This document shows positions 1 to 12,534 of a stretch of DNA of 64,000 nt, piece by piece. Numbering within the stretch: the stretch's first letter is position 1; the number at the start of each line of letters is the position of its first letter. Position numbers and translations under genes: made by a program. Origin of the DNA: Lepidodermella squamata (lineage: Eukaryota > Animalia > Gastrotricha); the NCBI GenBank assembly GCA_047495785.1, contig JBLDXI010000074.1, positions 868,001 to 932,000 on the forward strand. Reading direction: 5' to 3'. The notes beneath the pieces were generated by a model. It was given only the letters and a program-made list of their open reading frames with translations, did no database searches and was not told the DNA's origin.

Positions 1-575
1 AAATGTTCGAAAATCAAGATAAATTGAGTTTAATTAATTAAATAACTAATTAGTGAATGATAATCAATTCGATTTTACTCACCCTAAAATTAAAGCCATT
101 ATTGCTGGTCCAAACTCGGAGGAAAAATTACCCAGTTATGGCATGCGGGCCAAAAAATCGTATCAACTTCTAGAATAGACGCTATTCACTTCAGAAATGA
201 GTTGGTATAAAAATAAAAAACTGATATCAGAACTTAATTTGGCGGTCAATGAAAAGCACCGGTTGCCGCGCAATCGCCGTACTTGAAACGCGCACCTATT
301 CCCTTTCATGTAGATTATAGCCTCATTCACGGGTCATTCAAGCGTGACATGTCAATATCGCGGGTTGCGTGCCCTGCTAGCAGTGGGCCGGAAATAGAAG
401 CAAATGACGTAATACTTTTGATGAGCAGAAAAAACTGGTGTTCTGGTGATCAATCACGCGACTGACTTGTGGACTGACTTGTGGGCAAATAATCTTCTAT
501 TAATTTATATCCTTTATTAGTTAATCAAATAATTATAAATATTTTGTATAAATATTGGAGATATTTCCCGAAAAT

Positions 576-1413
576 TTAGTCCGCTATATGAAGAACTTTG
601 AAGTCGCTGTTAATCTCCTGAACAGCGCCGTTGTAGGCCATAGTCGCTTTCAGCTCCCCGTCACGCACCTTGCACACGTAGTGGCTGTGGTACTTGTCGC
701 CGGGCGGTCGAGCGTGACCTACGTATAAAACGTCATTGTTCGCCGCTTTCAGCCCGCCCTTGATTGAATGCTTCGGAACGGTGAAATCTGCCGATGGCGC
801 CGACCAGTGCAGGCGGCAGTGCACAGGCTGGTGATTGACTAAAATTTCGTAATTCGAAGACTCGATGTATTTGCCGTTATAGGCGGCGATGCATAGCTTT
901 TTTGAAGGAATCACGGTTCCTAGGTAAAATTAATAAATTAATTGATAAATTTTCAAAAACTACTAAAAATCAAACCTAAACCAAGAGTTTTATAACTTCG
1001 AAAAAATTGCAAAAATAATGATGAGGCTTTTCTAAATTAGAAAATGATGGATTTTAAAATTTAAAGGATATCTACCTGAATTTTTATAAATTACACTGAC
1101 CGCATTTTGAATATTTAAATGAATTAATAGACATAATTAATTTGTATTTGTAATATTTTGTTTACCTGGAATGATGTCCCCTGAATCTTGAAATGTGATA
1201 CGGCCGACGTAAAGTGGGCTTTCGTCTCCGATACGGCCGCACTCGACTGATCCTAAAGGTATGGGGCTGTCCTTGGACATCGGAGTCCAGTGAAGCTCCT
1301 CCATCAAACGATGCGTATTCATTCGATGGAGAGTCCTCGCTCCACCCCTGAGAAATGACAAGAAAATCAAATAATCTCACAATAGCAAAGTTTGCTCACG
1401 CTAGTAAAGACAT
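576..1413 (-). CDS. DM9-repeat (DUF3421) protein, copy 1; 3 exons (1400-1413, ~1165-1349, 576-~920)
   Basis: Spliced model MSLLA|GGARTL..LHWTP..YVGR..DIIPG|TVIPS..YEILV..LHW..YVGHA..YNG..FKVL gives two DM9 repeats with GT-AG introns. Confidence 0.85.
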
Positions 1414-2236
1414 TCCGCGAACAATTAATTCGAGAAATAAAGAATACGATACTTTACTGGGCTAATTTACGCCAGTGCAAGAGAGAAATTTGCCTCACTG
1501 TTTCAATAAGTATTAAATGTACCGGCATGTTGTCTATCTTATTCGCGGTGGTGGTTTTAAATGCAGTGGGCGATCCGGCTATTCATCCGGCTTATAATCA
1601 GTCAGCGCATGACAGGCCTATTTAAGCCTGACCTGACCTACAATGCGAATGTGGAATCTGGGTCGGCATTTATATCAAATGACTGAATGGTACAAATCAT
1701 AAATTGCAGGTCAGCGTAAATTGGTTGATTGCGCCTATAAACGAGACTGTTGAAAACTGCGCCCTGATGAAGAAACCGAGGAACCCGCACGGAACATAGC
1801 ATATTAAAATATGAGGAGAAATTTAGATTCATCATTACCACCAAGGTTGCATATATGAAGGCTCTGGCATGAAAAATTATGTACTCTCTACCATGCTGGG
1901 GTTAAATTAATTGGATAGCAAATCAAGTCGCGCAGATCGGAATCACAATGCACGATTCTTTCGCTATTTTCCCATTTCTATTTACTACCTCAACTTTTTA
2001 TCAGGGGGTGAAAAATTGCCATCGCGCGAATACCTGGTGGCCCAACAAACAAGCTCGAATCCTCTTTCGAACGGTGGTCTTGGGAGAAACTCCACGCATG
2101 GCATCTTTCCTTTTTACTTCATGATTGTAATAAAAAGCTAATTTTGTATATTGTATATACATGATTGTAATATAAAGGGTGTTTATAAGCTGTTACAAGG
2201 CAATCACGCTGTCGTGGAATCGATTTCCTCGGCTAT

Positions 2237-3269
2237 TTATTCAGCATCGTTGCTATTCAAGGTTCCTGCTGAACCACTCCGTCCTTGTTCAACATGAATG
2301 TTTGATCCAGCGACTAATGGAACAGATTCGACGGTTGAAGAATCATTATTCGTCGATTGATTGCCAGCTGTCCGTCGTCGTATGAGACCGTCTTCGAGAT
2401 TCCCAGCCGCGATCCGCTGCGATTCTTCTTGGGCAAAATCACCGAATGTATAGCTATCGGAGCGACTGAAAAATTTAATAACTCGCATTGTTAAACCCAA
2501 TAGAAAATAAGCCTGATTACTTTTCCAGCCGTCGATTTACATATTCGTATTCGGTTTCTCTAAAGCCTGCGTTCAGCAAATAGCAACACGATGATATGGC
2601 AACCATAATGTATCGAAAGACCGTTTCAGAAACAGTCGGATTCCAATATGAAGGTGGACAATATGTTCTGGCTAGTAGGAAGCCATTGAAAATAACGAAA
2701 ATCAGGGTCTCAGTATTGGTGGCTAAAGTGTAGAAGAAATGTTGTTTTCGTGATAATCGATCTGCAATCGATCTGGTGATGCCTGACTGCAAACTAACAG
2801 CACTCATGTAAACGCCTGTATACCCCTCCTTGATGCTTAGGGATTGCTCAGAGTACAAAGCTAGCCACCACCAACAGGCTAACACTGCAGTAATGACAGA
2901 GATTGACACATATATGAACTTATTTATGCGCAAGAGAATTTGGGCAATAGCGGATCGAAATTTTTGAAACAAACTTAGCTGCAGAACTTGGTCAGCAATC
3001 CGAAGTATTGCAAAGTATATGGCAGCGACGACAAAAACTGCGCGAGGTGGGTTATCGTTTGTGCACCAATAGAATACATCGTGCAATTGAATGAAGACGA
3101 GCCAATCCAAAGCCGAGACTGCAACTAAAGGAAACCAACCACGAAAAATAACACTCGCTTGCGATGATTTCAGCCTGGACTCGTTTTCAACTGTATTCGC
3201 CGTGGTTTCGCTCACAGATTCGTCAACGTTAACGTTAACGTCAATGATTTCATTAGATGGTTGATCCAT
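2237..3269 (-). CDS. Multi-pass membrane protein of unknown family (~325 aa, 2 exons; intron 2466-2520)
   Basis: The 250-aa ORF has about 6 hydrophobic segments. A 55-nt GTAATC...TTTTTCAG intron joins it in frame (EN|RSDSYTF) to ORF 2237-2500. Confidence 0.65.
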
Positions 3270-4139
3270 CGTGCAGTTGAATTGAAGACTTTCGTGGGAG
3301 TCCGGACGCCAAATTGAAGAATTACAGGTTCACCAGGTAGTCGGCAAATTCACCAATCTGTGGAGGTATCATTCACCGGCAAAAATCGGCGTTCTTGTAT
3401 TTAAGTCGAATTAATCTGAGTCAATTAATTTTGTAACATTGTTCTGATGAAAACTATAGCACTTCTTTTTGCTTTTATTCAACTATGCTTTTCCGATTGC
3501 AATGGAAGAGAAAAAGAATAGACATATGCCGCATGTCGCTTAGGTAAGGATGAATACCTTATGAGCAGAGAATCTCACTTTTCAAGCTTTGGAGTATAAG
3601 GGATTCCTAAAAATACAAGGATGGAGCATGATAGATCACTGCTTTATACCTCATCGTTGAGCACCGTGTGATACGATCCTCGCTCTTATGTCATTGCAAG
3701 TTGATAAAATGGTACGTGTAAACGATAAGATAGAAACAGTCATGTTGGAAAAGTGCATAAGATACAGTTAAGGGATGATAAGGATCTGGATCAGATAGTC
3801 GGGAAACAGAAAATAATAGGAGAATTTTCGATCTTTTGGTTTGAGTTCGCCTGGTATATATCGGTATATCTGCGACTGCTGTATGTGCCGTGTTCAAGTC
3901 TTATATCAGCTGCGATCGTCTGCAATCCATCCATAGCGAAGTTATCAAATGTAATAGTAGAAGGCTGGCAGTGGCGCAGTGGCGGTGGCGCCCCTGCAAA
4001 TAGGTCTAAAAGGACTGAAGTGCTTAGTGACGGCGTATCTTAATAATTTGAGCCAATCATTCGGTCTTGGAAATATTTTATTGAATACTCTAGCATGTTA
4101 GCTGATCATGGTTCCCGCCGAATCATGCTGTTCTGCTTG

Positions 4140-4430
4140 ATCATTAACTTGTGAGTGAACGACTAATGGAATAGAAATGACGTTTATATCGATATCCATT
4201 GATTGATCGGCAGCTGTCCGTCGCCGGATTCCCAGAGGCGATCTTTGCGACTAATTGATGGCGAAATTATGAAATGTATAGCTGTCCGAACGCCTGAAAA
4301 ATTGAACAGCTCGTGCAATACCATGAGTAGAAAATTTGCAAGACTTACATTGCCAGCCGTCGAGCTACAAATTCGTTGCCGGCTGCCCTGAACCTTCGTT
4401 CAGCAAGTGGCAACAGGATGAGATGGATGA
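4140..4430 (-). pseudogene. Degenerate partial copy of the 3' part of the 2237-3269 gene
   Basis: Shares the cttac..ccagccgtcga donor context, the ctgaaaaatt acceptor, 'tgtatagct' and 'cgactaatgga' with 2237-2600, but the frame is broken. Confidence 0.5.
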
Positions 4431-4855
4431 GAACTACGTACAACAACATTCGAGTTTGTGAACGTTCAAAATGCAATAGTAATTGGGAATGAAGAAAAAA
4501 CATTTGCACATTTTGCTAACACTTTTGCTAACACGCCAAATTGAAGTATTACCGATTCTTATTACCAGGTCGACGGCAGACTCGCGAAAGTATCATTTAT
4601 TACCAGGAAATACCACCAGGAAATACCATCTGCTCTTGTGTTGAGGTCAAAGTCACTTGATGTTATGTCATGTCTCACATATATTATGACAAGTTTGATA
4701 ACAAGATAAATTGTTATCTTTTACCTGAAGATAGTAAAGAAATTCCTATTTCATATGGCGGCTTATCTGGGATAGCGTAGAAGCCTTCGATCAGATAGCC
4801 ATATCGAGCTTGTTAGTTATGCGAAGGCAATCGGGCGATCTTTCATTCAGATTAT

Positions 4856-5530
4856 TCAAGTTTCCTTTGCATCATTTCGTTCACCTTCAACATGAAAGTT
4901 TGAGCGAGCGACTAATGGAATAGATTCGATTGACAAATCAGGATCCGTCGTATCATTGCCGGCTCTCCGTCGCCATGTGAAACCGCTGTATTCAAGTTTC
5001 CCAACTGTTATCGTCCGAGATTCTTTGGCAAAATCTTCAAATGAATAGCTATCCGAGCCCCTGAGACAAAGAGACAAATACAAAATAAATTTCCGTGTCG
5101 ATGAGGATCCCCATTGACAAGGCGATAATTGGAAGGTGCAACATCTGAGAGTAAAAGTCGACGACTTTTATTTTGAGTAGTTGAAACATTTTCTGGAGGC
5201 CAAGTTTTGAATGTTAACTCCGGATTGAGTAAAGCTCACGAATAATCTCACGGAATTGGCTTATTCCTGGGCAGAAGATCGAACTATAGTGCAAGCGAAT
5301 TGAAAAAAGTCACGGGGGTTCCGGGTGACTATTCTAAAACGCATGGCGATCCTCGCCGTTATTTTATGGGTAGTGGATAAAATAGTGATAAGAGGTGAGA
5401 TCGGAACAGTCATAGAACTACGAGTGTGATACTGCTGAACTTTTAGGCAGACCATTCACAAGAAAAGAAAATATTGCAATGGCAAATGATCACCGAAATT
5501 TGAAAAATTGAGTTCCTTTCCAATAATAAT
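4856..5530 (-). pseudogene. Second paralog/relic of the 2237-3269 gene
   Basis: RGSDSYSFEDFAKESRTITVGKLE..ESIPLVARSNFHVE matches RSDSYTFGDFAQEE..ESVPLVAGSNIHVE. The upstream hydrophobic part is fragmented and the 5' boundary is approximate. Confidence 0.55.
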
Positions 5531-6177
5531 TGCTGAAGAAACCTCGCATGTCTTGACTTGTCGATTGGATAAAAAAGGTTTGAAAACTCAAACGAAAACA
5601 AATATGCTCAAATGTTACATCCCTTTTCCTTCACACGAAATACGTTTATTCCTGGGAGCCAGCTTGGACGAATTTTTTCTGATAATTATGAAATTTCTTT
5701 CATTCTTTTTCACTGCTATACATTCGAACTCTGTTCCAACTTCTGACTTGATTCAGCCACACCACGTGCTCCAAATTAAGATTCTGGATTTAATCAAACC
5801 GGCAATATCGATTGTTATAATGTAAAAACAAGCAGAATAATTTATGAAATTGTATAAAATCATGAAAAAATCGTCCAAGCTCGCTTCAAGCATCAAAATG
5901 TAGAGCTTGATCATAATTACTTGGTCTACTTCAATTACGCTGCCATCAGGATTAGAACATCGATCTTACAACTAGCTCTATGGTCTATGTGTCTAAAGGC
6001 TGTTGTTATGCCTAGATCGCCAGCCGAATTATCCAACACCTTTCACAAGATGGAGCAGCACCGTGCAAATATCAACAGGTTCGCCACAAGCAGTTGCAGC
6101 CCCGCGTCCCAACAACGAATATTTAATTCGCTGTTTGGGGTTTTTGTTACTTGCATGTTCCATTGTCATATAGAATA

Positions 6178-6714
6178 ATGTCTTCTACGCTGGTATTACT
6201 GTTAATTTGTTCCATTGGCCTTGCCGAAGGGCTTGTAGCTAACGATGATTCACTGGACGCTGACGAACGAGCTGATCTCAACGCTGAGCAAAATCTGCAG
6301 GACGCGCTGTGGAGCGAATTCGCCATGCCGAGTCTCGAGAAAGGCGCCGGCAAGTCGGATGAAGATGACGGCGAAGATTCCATGTCGATGGCAGGCGGCC
6401 CGCTATGTGGCGACGAGCCTCTGGTAACGCTGAAGCCTGCTACTGATGACGATAATGAAGAAGAAGGCGATGCGGAGTCTGGCCGTGCTTTTGCCAAAAC
6501 GCCAAGGCTGTGCCGTAGCCATACAGATTGCGCCCAGTCGAAGCGTGTTTGTTGCCGATCGAAGGCTGGAGGTGATGAGGCGAGAAAATACGTATGCCGG
6601 CGACCTGACTACGCCTTGGCTAGGAACGACAGGGGCGAGCTGACGGTCCGATTCAGTTGCTGTAACCGCCGACCACCTTGCTTTTTTCCTGATTTAAGTT
6701 GTTATAAGTCATGA
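6178..6714 (+). CDS. Secreted precursor: signal peptide, acidic pro-region, Cys-rich C-terminal domain
   Basis: MSSTLVLLLICSIGLAEG signal, D/E-rich middle, C-C-CC-C-CC-C-C tail, AATAAA at ~6731; clear paralog at 52297-53811. Confidence 0.8.
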   Translation: MSSTLVLLLICSIGLAEGLVANDDSLDADERADLNAEQNLQDALWSEFAMPSLEKGAGKSDEDDGEDSMSMAGGPLCGDEPLVTLKPATDDDNEEEGDAESGRAFAKTPRLCRSHTDCAQSKRVCCRSKAGGDEARKYVCRRPDYALARNDRGELTVRFSCCNRRPPCFFPDLSCYKS

Positions 6715-7007
6715 ATGTTTTTTACTTGGTAATAAATCTAGACTCATCTCCGTTTCTACGCATGCTTTTGTTATTTTTTTGATCAAAGAGCCATAAAGCC
6801 CAGAAGAGGACAGCTCAGAGAAGTGATCAATGGAAATTTTAAACAAACACAAACAACCGAAGGCATTTGATTCCACAATTGCGGGCCACGGTACGACATG
6901 CTTAGCTGGCCTCGCCCGGATGTGCAGGTCGGTTTGAACATATGGGTTCGAAATTACGGCAGCTGTAGCCGTGGCTGTTATCGCGCAGCTTAAACATCAA
7001 TGTAAAG

Positions 7008-7370
7008 TCATCCTGCGTCATCTGGTTCAGGCTCTTCCACGTGAATGTAGATAGGTGCATCGCGTGTTACTGGCCAAATGTTGGCCACCCAAGTCGAAGC
7101 CGAAGCGGGGCCGGATCCCGGATCCGCCAATGGATGAGCGCCGTATATGATTTTGATAGTTCGATCCTGTGACGATTGCAGTTTGTCGCGAGTCGATTTG
7201 GATGCCTGTCCGAGGATGAGGTCGCCATAATTCTCAGGCAATTGGTCATCATAACAGCAGTTTTGCGATCGAGCGTCAACAGCCTGTTTGAGAGCAAACA
7301 CGCCTTTTCGGGCTTTGCCTTTAACCATCTCGACGCGCTTGTTGTCAATTTTGACACCAGGGGTATCCAT
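7008..7370 (-). mobile_element. Degraded non-LTR retrotransposon fragment (region C-terminal to RT)
   Basis: YGDLILGQASKSTRDKLQSSQDRTIKIIYGAHPLADP..LRLRLGW (frameshifted) aligns with 33199-33600 YCDIILNEACPTSLQKLQSLQDKAVRIV..DPSPLRDELKW. Confidence 0.65.
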
Positions 7371-7508
7371 GATTTCTGACGGCTTTGCTACTCCCCCATT
7401 GTGACCACGAAATCTAAAAAATGTGTGGAAAATCTGTATTTAGCAAACCTCGGTTGCATCGACTCAATAAAAGGGACCCGAAACCAGCACCATGTATTTA
7501 CATGTATT

Positions 7509-8559
7509 TTACTTTTCATAGTCGACCAAGCACAGAATACGAAAGTCTTTATTGATAGGGACCGAAGCTCCATCGTAAGCCATCAGGGCTTTGACATCAC
7601 CATTGCGAACTTTACAGACGTACGTGCTATTCGGCGGCGCATTAGGTGCCCGTGCTCGAGCGATATAGAGAATTTCATTCTGGCCACCAGCGACATTGAG
7701 GCCACCTTTCACGGCATTTCGTGGCATCGAATAGTCGGCGGAAGGTGCAAGCCACTGTATGCCACCGACTAGAGGCTGAGTGTTGACCAAGACTTCATAG
7801 CTTGACGATTGAATTTCCTTGCCTTGAAATGGTGCGAAACAGGCTTGTTTTGATGGAATGATTGTTCCTGGAAAATCGTTCACGATTAACTTCTTCAGTA
7901 AGTGAAAGGAAAGGAAAGGAAAGGAAAGGAAAGGAAAGGAAAGGAAAGGAAAGGAAAGGAAAGGAAAGGAAAGGAAAGGAAAGGAAAGGAAAGGAAAGGA
8001 AAGGAAAGGAAAGGAAAGGAAAGGAAAGGAAAGGAAAGGAAAGGAAAGGAAAGGAAAGGAAAGGAAAGGAAAGGAAAGGAAAGGAAAGGAAAGGAAAGGA
8101 AAGGAAAGGAAAGGAAAGGAAAGGAAAGGAAAGGAAAGGAAAGGAAAGGAAAGGAAAGGAAAGGAAGGAAAGGAAAGGAAAGGAAAGGAAAGGAAAGGAA
8201 GGCGAGCCTGGGGATAATAGGAATAGGATTAGGATGAGGATTAGGAATGCGAAAATAAAAATAATAGGAAAGAGAATAAGTGTATGGATGATAGGCATTG
8301 TATTATAATAGGATTTAGTCCCAACCTGGCACGATGTCGCCCGTCTCAGGCAAATTAATTCGGCCAATGTACATAAGGCACGACCCAGGTCCATTATGGA
8401 TCCCGACTTCAATAGCCCCAGCCGGAACTTGGCCATTCTCAGCTGGTTCCCATCTCAACATATCGAACAACTGCTGAGTGCTTCCACGCTTTAACCGGGC
8501 TGAATATCTTAACATTCTATTTTGATTTATTAGAAAAATGCGTACCCGTCGAATGACAT
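7509..8559 (-). CDS. DM9-repeat protein, copy 2 (exons 8546-8559, 8326-8516, 7509-7867)
   Basis: LRWEPAENGQVPAGAIEVG..MYIGR..DIVPG|TIIPS..YEVLV..YIARA..YDG. First exon is inferred via a 29-nt intron; alternative start at ATG 8515. Confidence 0.85.
7904..8202. repeat. (GGAAA)n microsatellite, ~60 units, intronic
   Basis: Nearly pure pentamer tract with one irregular unit near 8161-8170, inside intron 7868-8325. Confidence 0.97.
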
Positions 8560-9281
8560 TGCAAGTGGCTTACCTCTACTCTTCAAATCAACACTGTTTT
8601 GTTTGCTTAGAATTGGTTAATCACTTTGACGCGACGACGAGGCGTTTTAATTACACTCATATAATAACCCATTTTATGCGCGTTTTTTGGTTGACGGGAT
8701 CCAGACAAAAAACCAGATTTCATCTTTATATTCCAGATGAAATTTCTTTTCATCAATCCTCTGCTAAAAAGCTGTTGCAAAATGACTGACGGCAGTCGAT
8801 GAGTCTACCTCTCAGCCGTGTTTATTCATCAAATTGTGCGATATTTTTAATTAACTCACCCGGCAATATAATGAGGTCGAAGCATATAAAGAAATGTCGG
8901 CAAATAATGATTTTTGATCCCATTTCTTATAATATTCTAACCAACCTGGCCCAAGCCCCGATTGATGATAATTTACCATTTTCCTTATTCTTATAATCAA
9001 TTACTTCCTTGAATCAAATACTTCCTTGACAACCAACCGATAATAGTGGCATATAAATTCTCTAAAATCAAATTTTCCATTATTTTTTCACGAGCTTTTT
9101 ATTAACATGAAAAAAGAACAATGCTCATCCAATGACGTAACTCATTCGAAAAGTAAAATAATACAATCGATGAAATAAGCGTTGGAAGAATCGATAAAAC
9201 TGCACGATCATGATGTCAAGATCGAACTCGGAGAACAAAATGTGGAGAAGCTTTTTTTCGGAATGCAGACAATAAATCATC

Positions 9282-11623
9282 TCAGCTTGTAAACGGCCGT
9301 TGGTGTTGCGTCGCCGTCAGCAGTTTTCGGCATAGAATTTTAAAATCAGCAACTTGGTACTCGGATCCGCCATACGACAAGGTAGCTACTGTGTCACCTT
9401 TTCGAATTTTACCTATAATTAACAAAAAAAAATGGGTTGAATCATAGGGAATGGGGAATTTGAAATTTTAATAATTTAATAATTTCTTTTCAAATAAAAA
9501 ATTATTTAATGTAGTTTTTTCCTGAATTTTCCTGAAATTCAAAAAATCCGTAATTTATTCAAGAAAATCAAGGAAAATTATTGTTCTCGAAAAACGAGTT
9601 TACGGAATTGGCATGGAATATAACTAACCGACATGAGTTCCGACGATGCCTGGTGGCCGGGCTCGGGCAATGTAGACGAGCTCTTCAGAGGCTGTATCGT
9701 AGCCGGCTTTCACAGCATCTGAAGGTATCGATCCGTCAATGCCCAACGATGTCCACTGAAACAAATGTTCGAGATTTTCAAAAAAATTCAACAAATTATT
9801 GAAAAAGACGTATTTATTTTTTTAAAAAATGCCGTCATTTAAGGACAAATTTTCTACGAATTTTCAATTTTTTGCTTGACATTTTAAATTTTTCAAACAA
9901 ATTGAGAGACTTACGTGAAGATGGCACAAGTCGGGCTGTGTATTAGTGAGCACTTCGTAAGTATTCGCCTCGATTTCTTTGCCGTTCCACGCGACGTAAC
10001 ACGCGTTGCGGCTGGGTATCACCGTACCCGGCACGATGTCATTCGTCGACAGCGTCACGCGGCCGATGTACATGAACTCGCCACCTCGACCGCCAAGCCT
10101 TTTAGTAACAAAGCGAACATTTTAGCATTACATTGTTTAACGCGGTTCAAGTTGGGCAGACCGTAATAACAGCAAATACCCAAAACAGCAAACGCGATGC
10201 ATCTTTTATATTGTAAGTTTTCGCAGATTTGTCGCGAATTAAAAAATTTGCTGTTTTGTCGCCGTACCTGAAGTTGAGCGTGCCAATAGGATTCGCTATA
10301 AATATTGGGTCCCAGCACTTAATCGCTTATTTTTAAATTTCGAGTTTCCCCTTCTTCCCTAGAATTATGACGTATCGATTCCTTGTATCGGCTATCGATT
10401 TCAAGAATCGATTTTACCCAAAATTGATTTTCGCAAAGTCGTGGAAGCGAACGTTAAATATGTTCCTAACTACAGCTGATGGCACCACAGGTAGCTTTAA
10501 TAAAAAATTCCAGGGTCATAAGTATCGCTCTAAAAAGGAGCAAATCAAAATAAAACCGCAAATGTCAAAATAAAACAAAACTAAAACTGATGTTCCAAGT
10601 GAGCATCACTCAGTTCAGCCGAAGGCTTCATCACTCAGTTAGGGAAAATAATATGTAGACCCTTTAAAATCTGTGGTAAGAAACTGGAATAGCTGGAAAC
10701 AACTTTACTTTATGGCCACCCCCACATCCACCACATCCACCCCCTTATGCTACCAAATTGAAGTAAAAACACGCCAGCTCAATATTGTGCTGATCGATTA
10801 TTTCCAAGCATAAAATTCGAATAAAATACTGAGAAAATGCATCATATAAGGTAAATTTTTCATTGATAATCTATAAGTTGGCAACTGGAAAGTGTGTTAA
10901 AACTAAGAACTCACCGGCCAACTTCGACGGCGCCAGATGGCACGTCGCCATTCTCGGCTACGACCCACTTTAAATTGCGATCAGATCCACGGCGCTTCCA
11001 TGCCAGATATAATCCGGCGCTGTGGAAAGAAAATTGAAAATTAGTTTGAAAATTAGCTTGAAAAATTGCTTTCAATTAGTTATATTTTGAATTAGGTATA
11101 ATGAGTTTATCACGTCCAGAAATGTCCACGGGCCGAATTTTCGGAACCCGGCCCGGCCCGTAAGAACGAATGTGAAACCCGTCCCGGCCCGTCCCGGCCC
11201 GTAGTCACAATTAGCTGTATTTTAATCAGTGAGAAGTTGAAATTTTTTAACTAAATTTGTACTGGAAAAAGCGCCCAACACTAAGTAATAAAAGTTAGAT
11301 TGTTATATCATTAAATACTGCCATTTGAGGTGAAAACGGACGTGTAGCAGTGGCATCTAGTTACCTATAGGTTCCGCACCACTGGCGGCGGGTCTCAAAA
11401 GTCAGACCCGAACCCGGCCCGTGGACAACTCTGATCACGTCAAATTCTTCATCCTACATCCTAATGCTGAACCACCTAATTTTTTCCTAATTTTGCGTTC
11501 TACGGTGATGCGTTCTAGATTCAGACCGAATAGTCTGGTTTTAAAGTTGACTTTCGAAAGCAATTGAATTCATTCAGGTGCAACCGAAAGATTAGATTGA
11601 AATTCCTACCTGTGCATCGACAT
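9282..11623 (-). CDS. DM9-repeat protein, copy 3 (5 exons)
   Basis: MSMHS|AGLYLAW..LKWVVAENGDVPSGAVEVGR|..MYIGRV..YEVLT..|WTSLG..VYIARA..|GKIRKG..YGGSE..FKILCRK..FTS*. Confidence 0.85.
11117..11433. mobile_element. hAT-type MITE, 317 bp, in intron 1 of DM9 copy 3
   Basis: TIRs CAGAAATGTCCACGGGCCG / CGGCCCGTGGACAACTCTG; 8-bp TSD ATCACGTC at 11109-11116 and 11434-11441; subterminal CCCGG repeats. Confidence 0.9.
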
Positions 11624-12534
11624 TTTCGAAGCTGTTCAGTAGTCGACAATCGCTTGATCAGCAGCAACAAGTGGTCATTGATAAACGGGAATCAATTTAA
11701 CCAGTTTAGCTCTTGTATAAACAGCCTGAATTAACACAATTTTTTTACTCACGAGTATATAAAGAAAACGCGCTTTTAATGTCTATATAACAAAATTATA
11801 GCTTTTCGTTCGAAGAAGAGTGAAAAAAATGGGCCATGATGGCATCGGCTATTCAAGCGATATCAAAACAACCGGCGATGAGAAGCTATTAGGCGGGTGC
11901 ATTAATAATCCTAGTAATAAAAGCACCATAAGAAGACATTCATCGATCTCATTGGCGATGAATAGCGCGCAAAAATGCGAATCGCGTGCCAAGATTATTC
12001 ATACACAATTTTTATGTGATATATACCTGCCTGCACCCGCGCACCCTCTAAATTATACGCGCCAGATGGTAATAAAATCATTCAGGTTAACATAAAATTA
12101 TAAAGAATAAAATACGCATGCGGTCGATATTATTAATACTGCGCATGATTAATCAATTAAGAAAATACTTCATTTTTTATCAATAATAATATTAGTGTTT
12201 TAAATAGATTTTGCGTCCCTAAAAATAAATATTGATAGAATGATATGGAAAAATCAATCATGCGTGACCGTATTTGCCCAAAGCCAATTTTTGTCCCATT
12301 CAATGGAAAAATTATTGGGAAAATTAAAATAAATTTTCGACCTGCAATCTACTATACTATTTTCATTTTTGGGCCCGCTGAAAAATATTTTGATTGATTA
12401 ATTAATTAATTCTAAATAGTTGATTTATAATTAATTGCAACGTTTTCAACGGTTAGCCGAGTCAATCAGTCTTTATTTTTCTTATTTTATTTTATTTTAT
12501 TTTTTTCCAATTTTATTTCGATTTTTTTGTATTA

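Noticed and set aside
7795-8436. ORFs with FPFLS or ERKGK repeats
   Set aside because: Translations of the intronic (GGAAA)n microsatellite.
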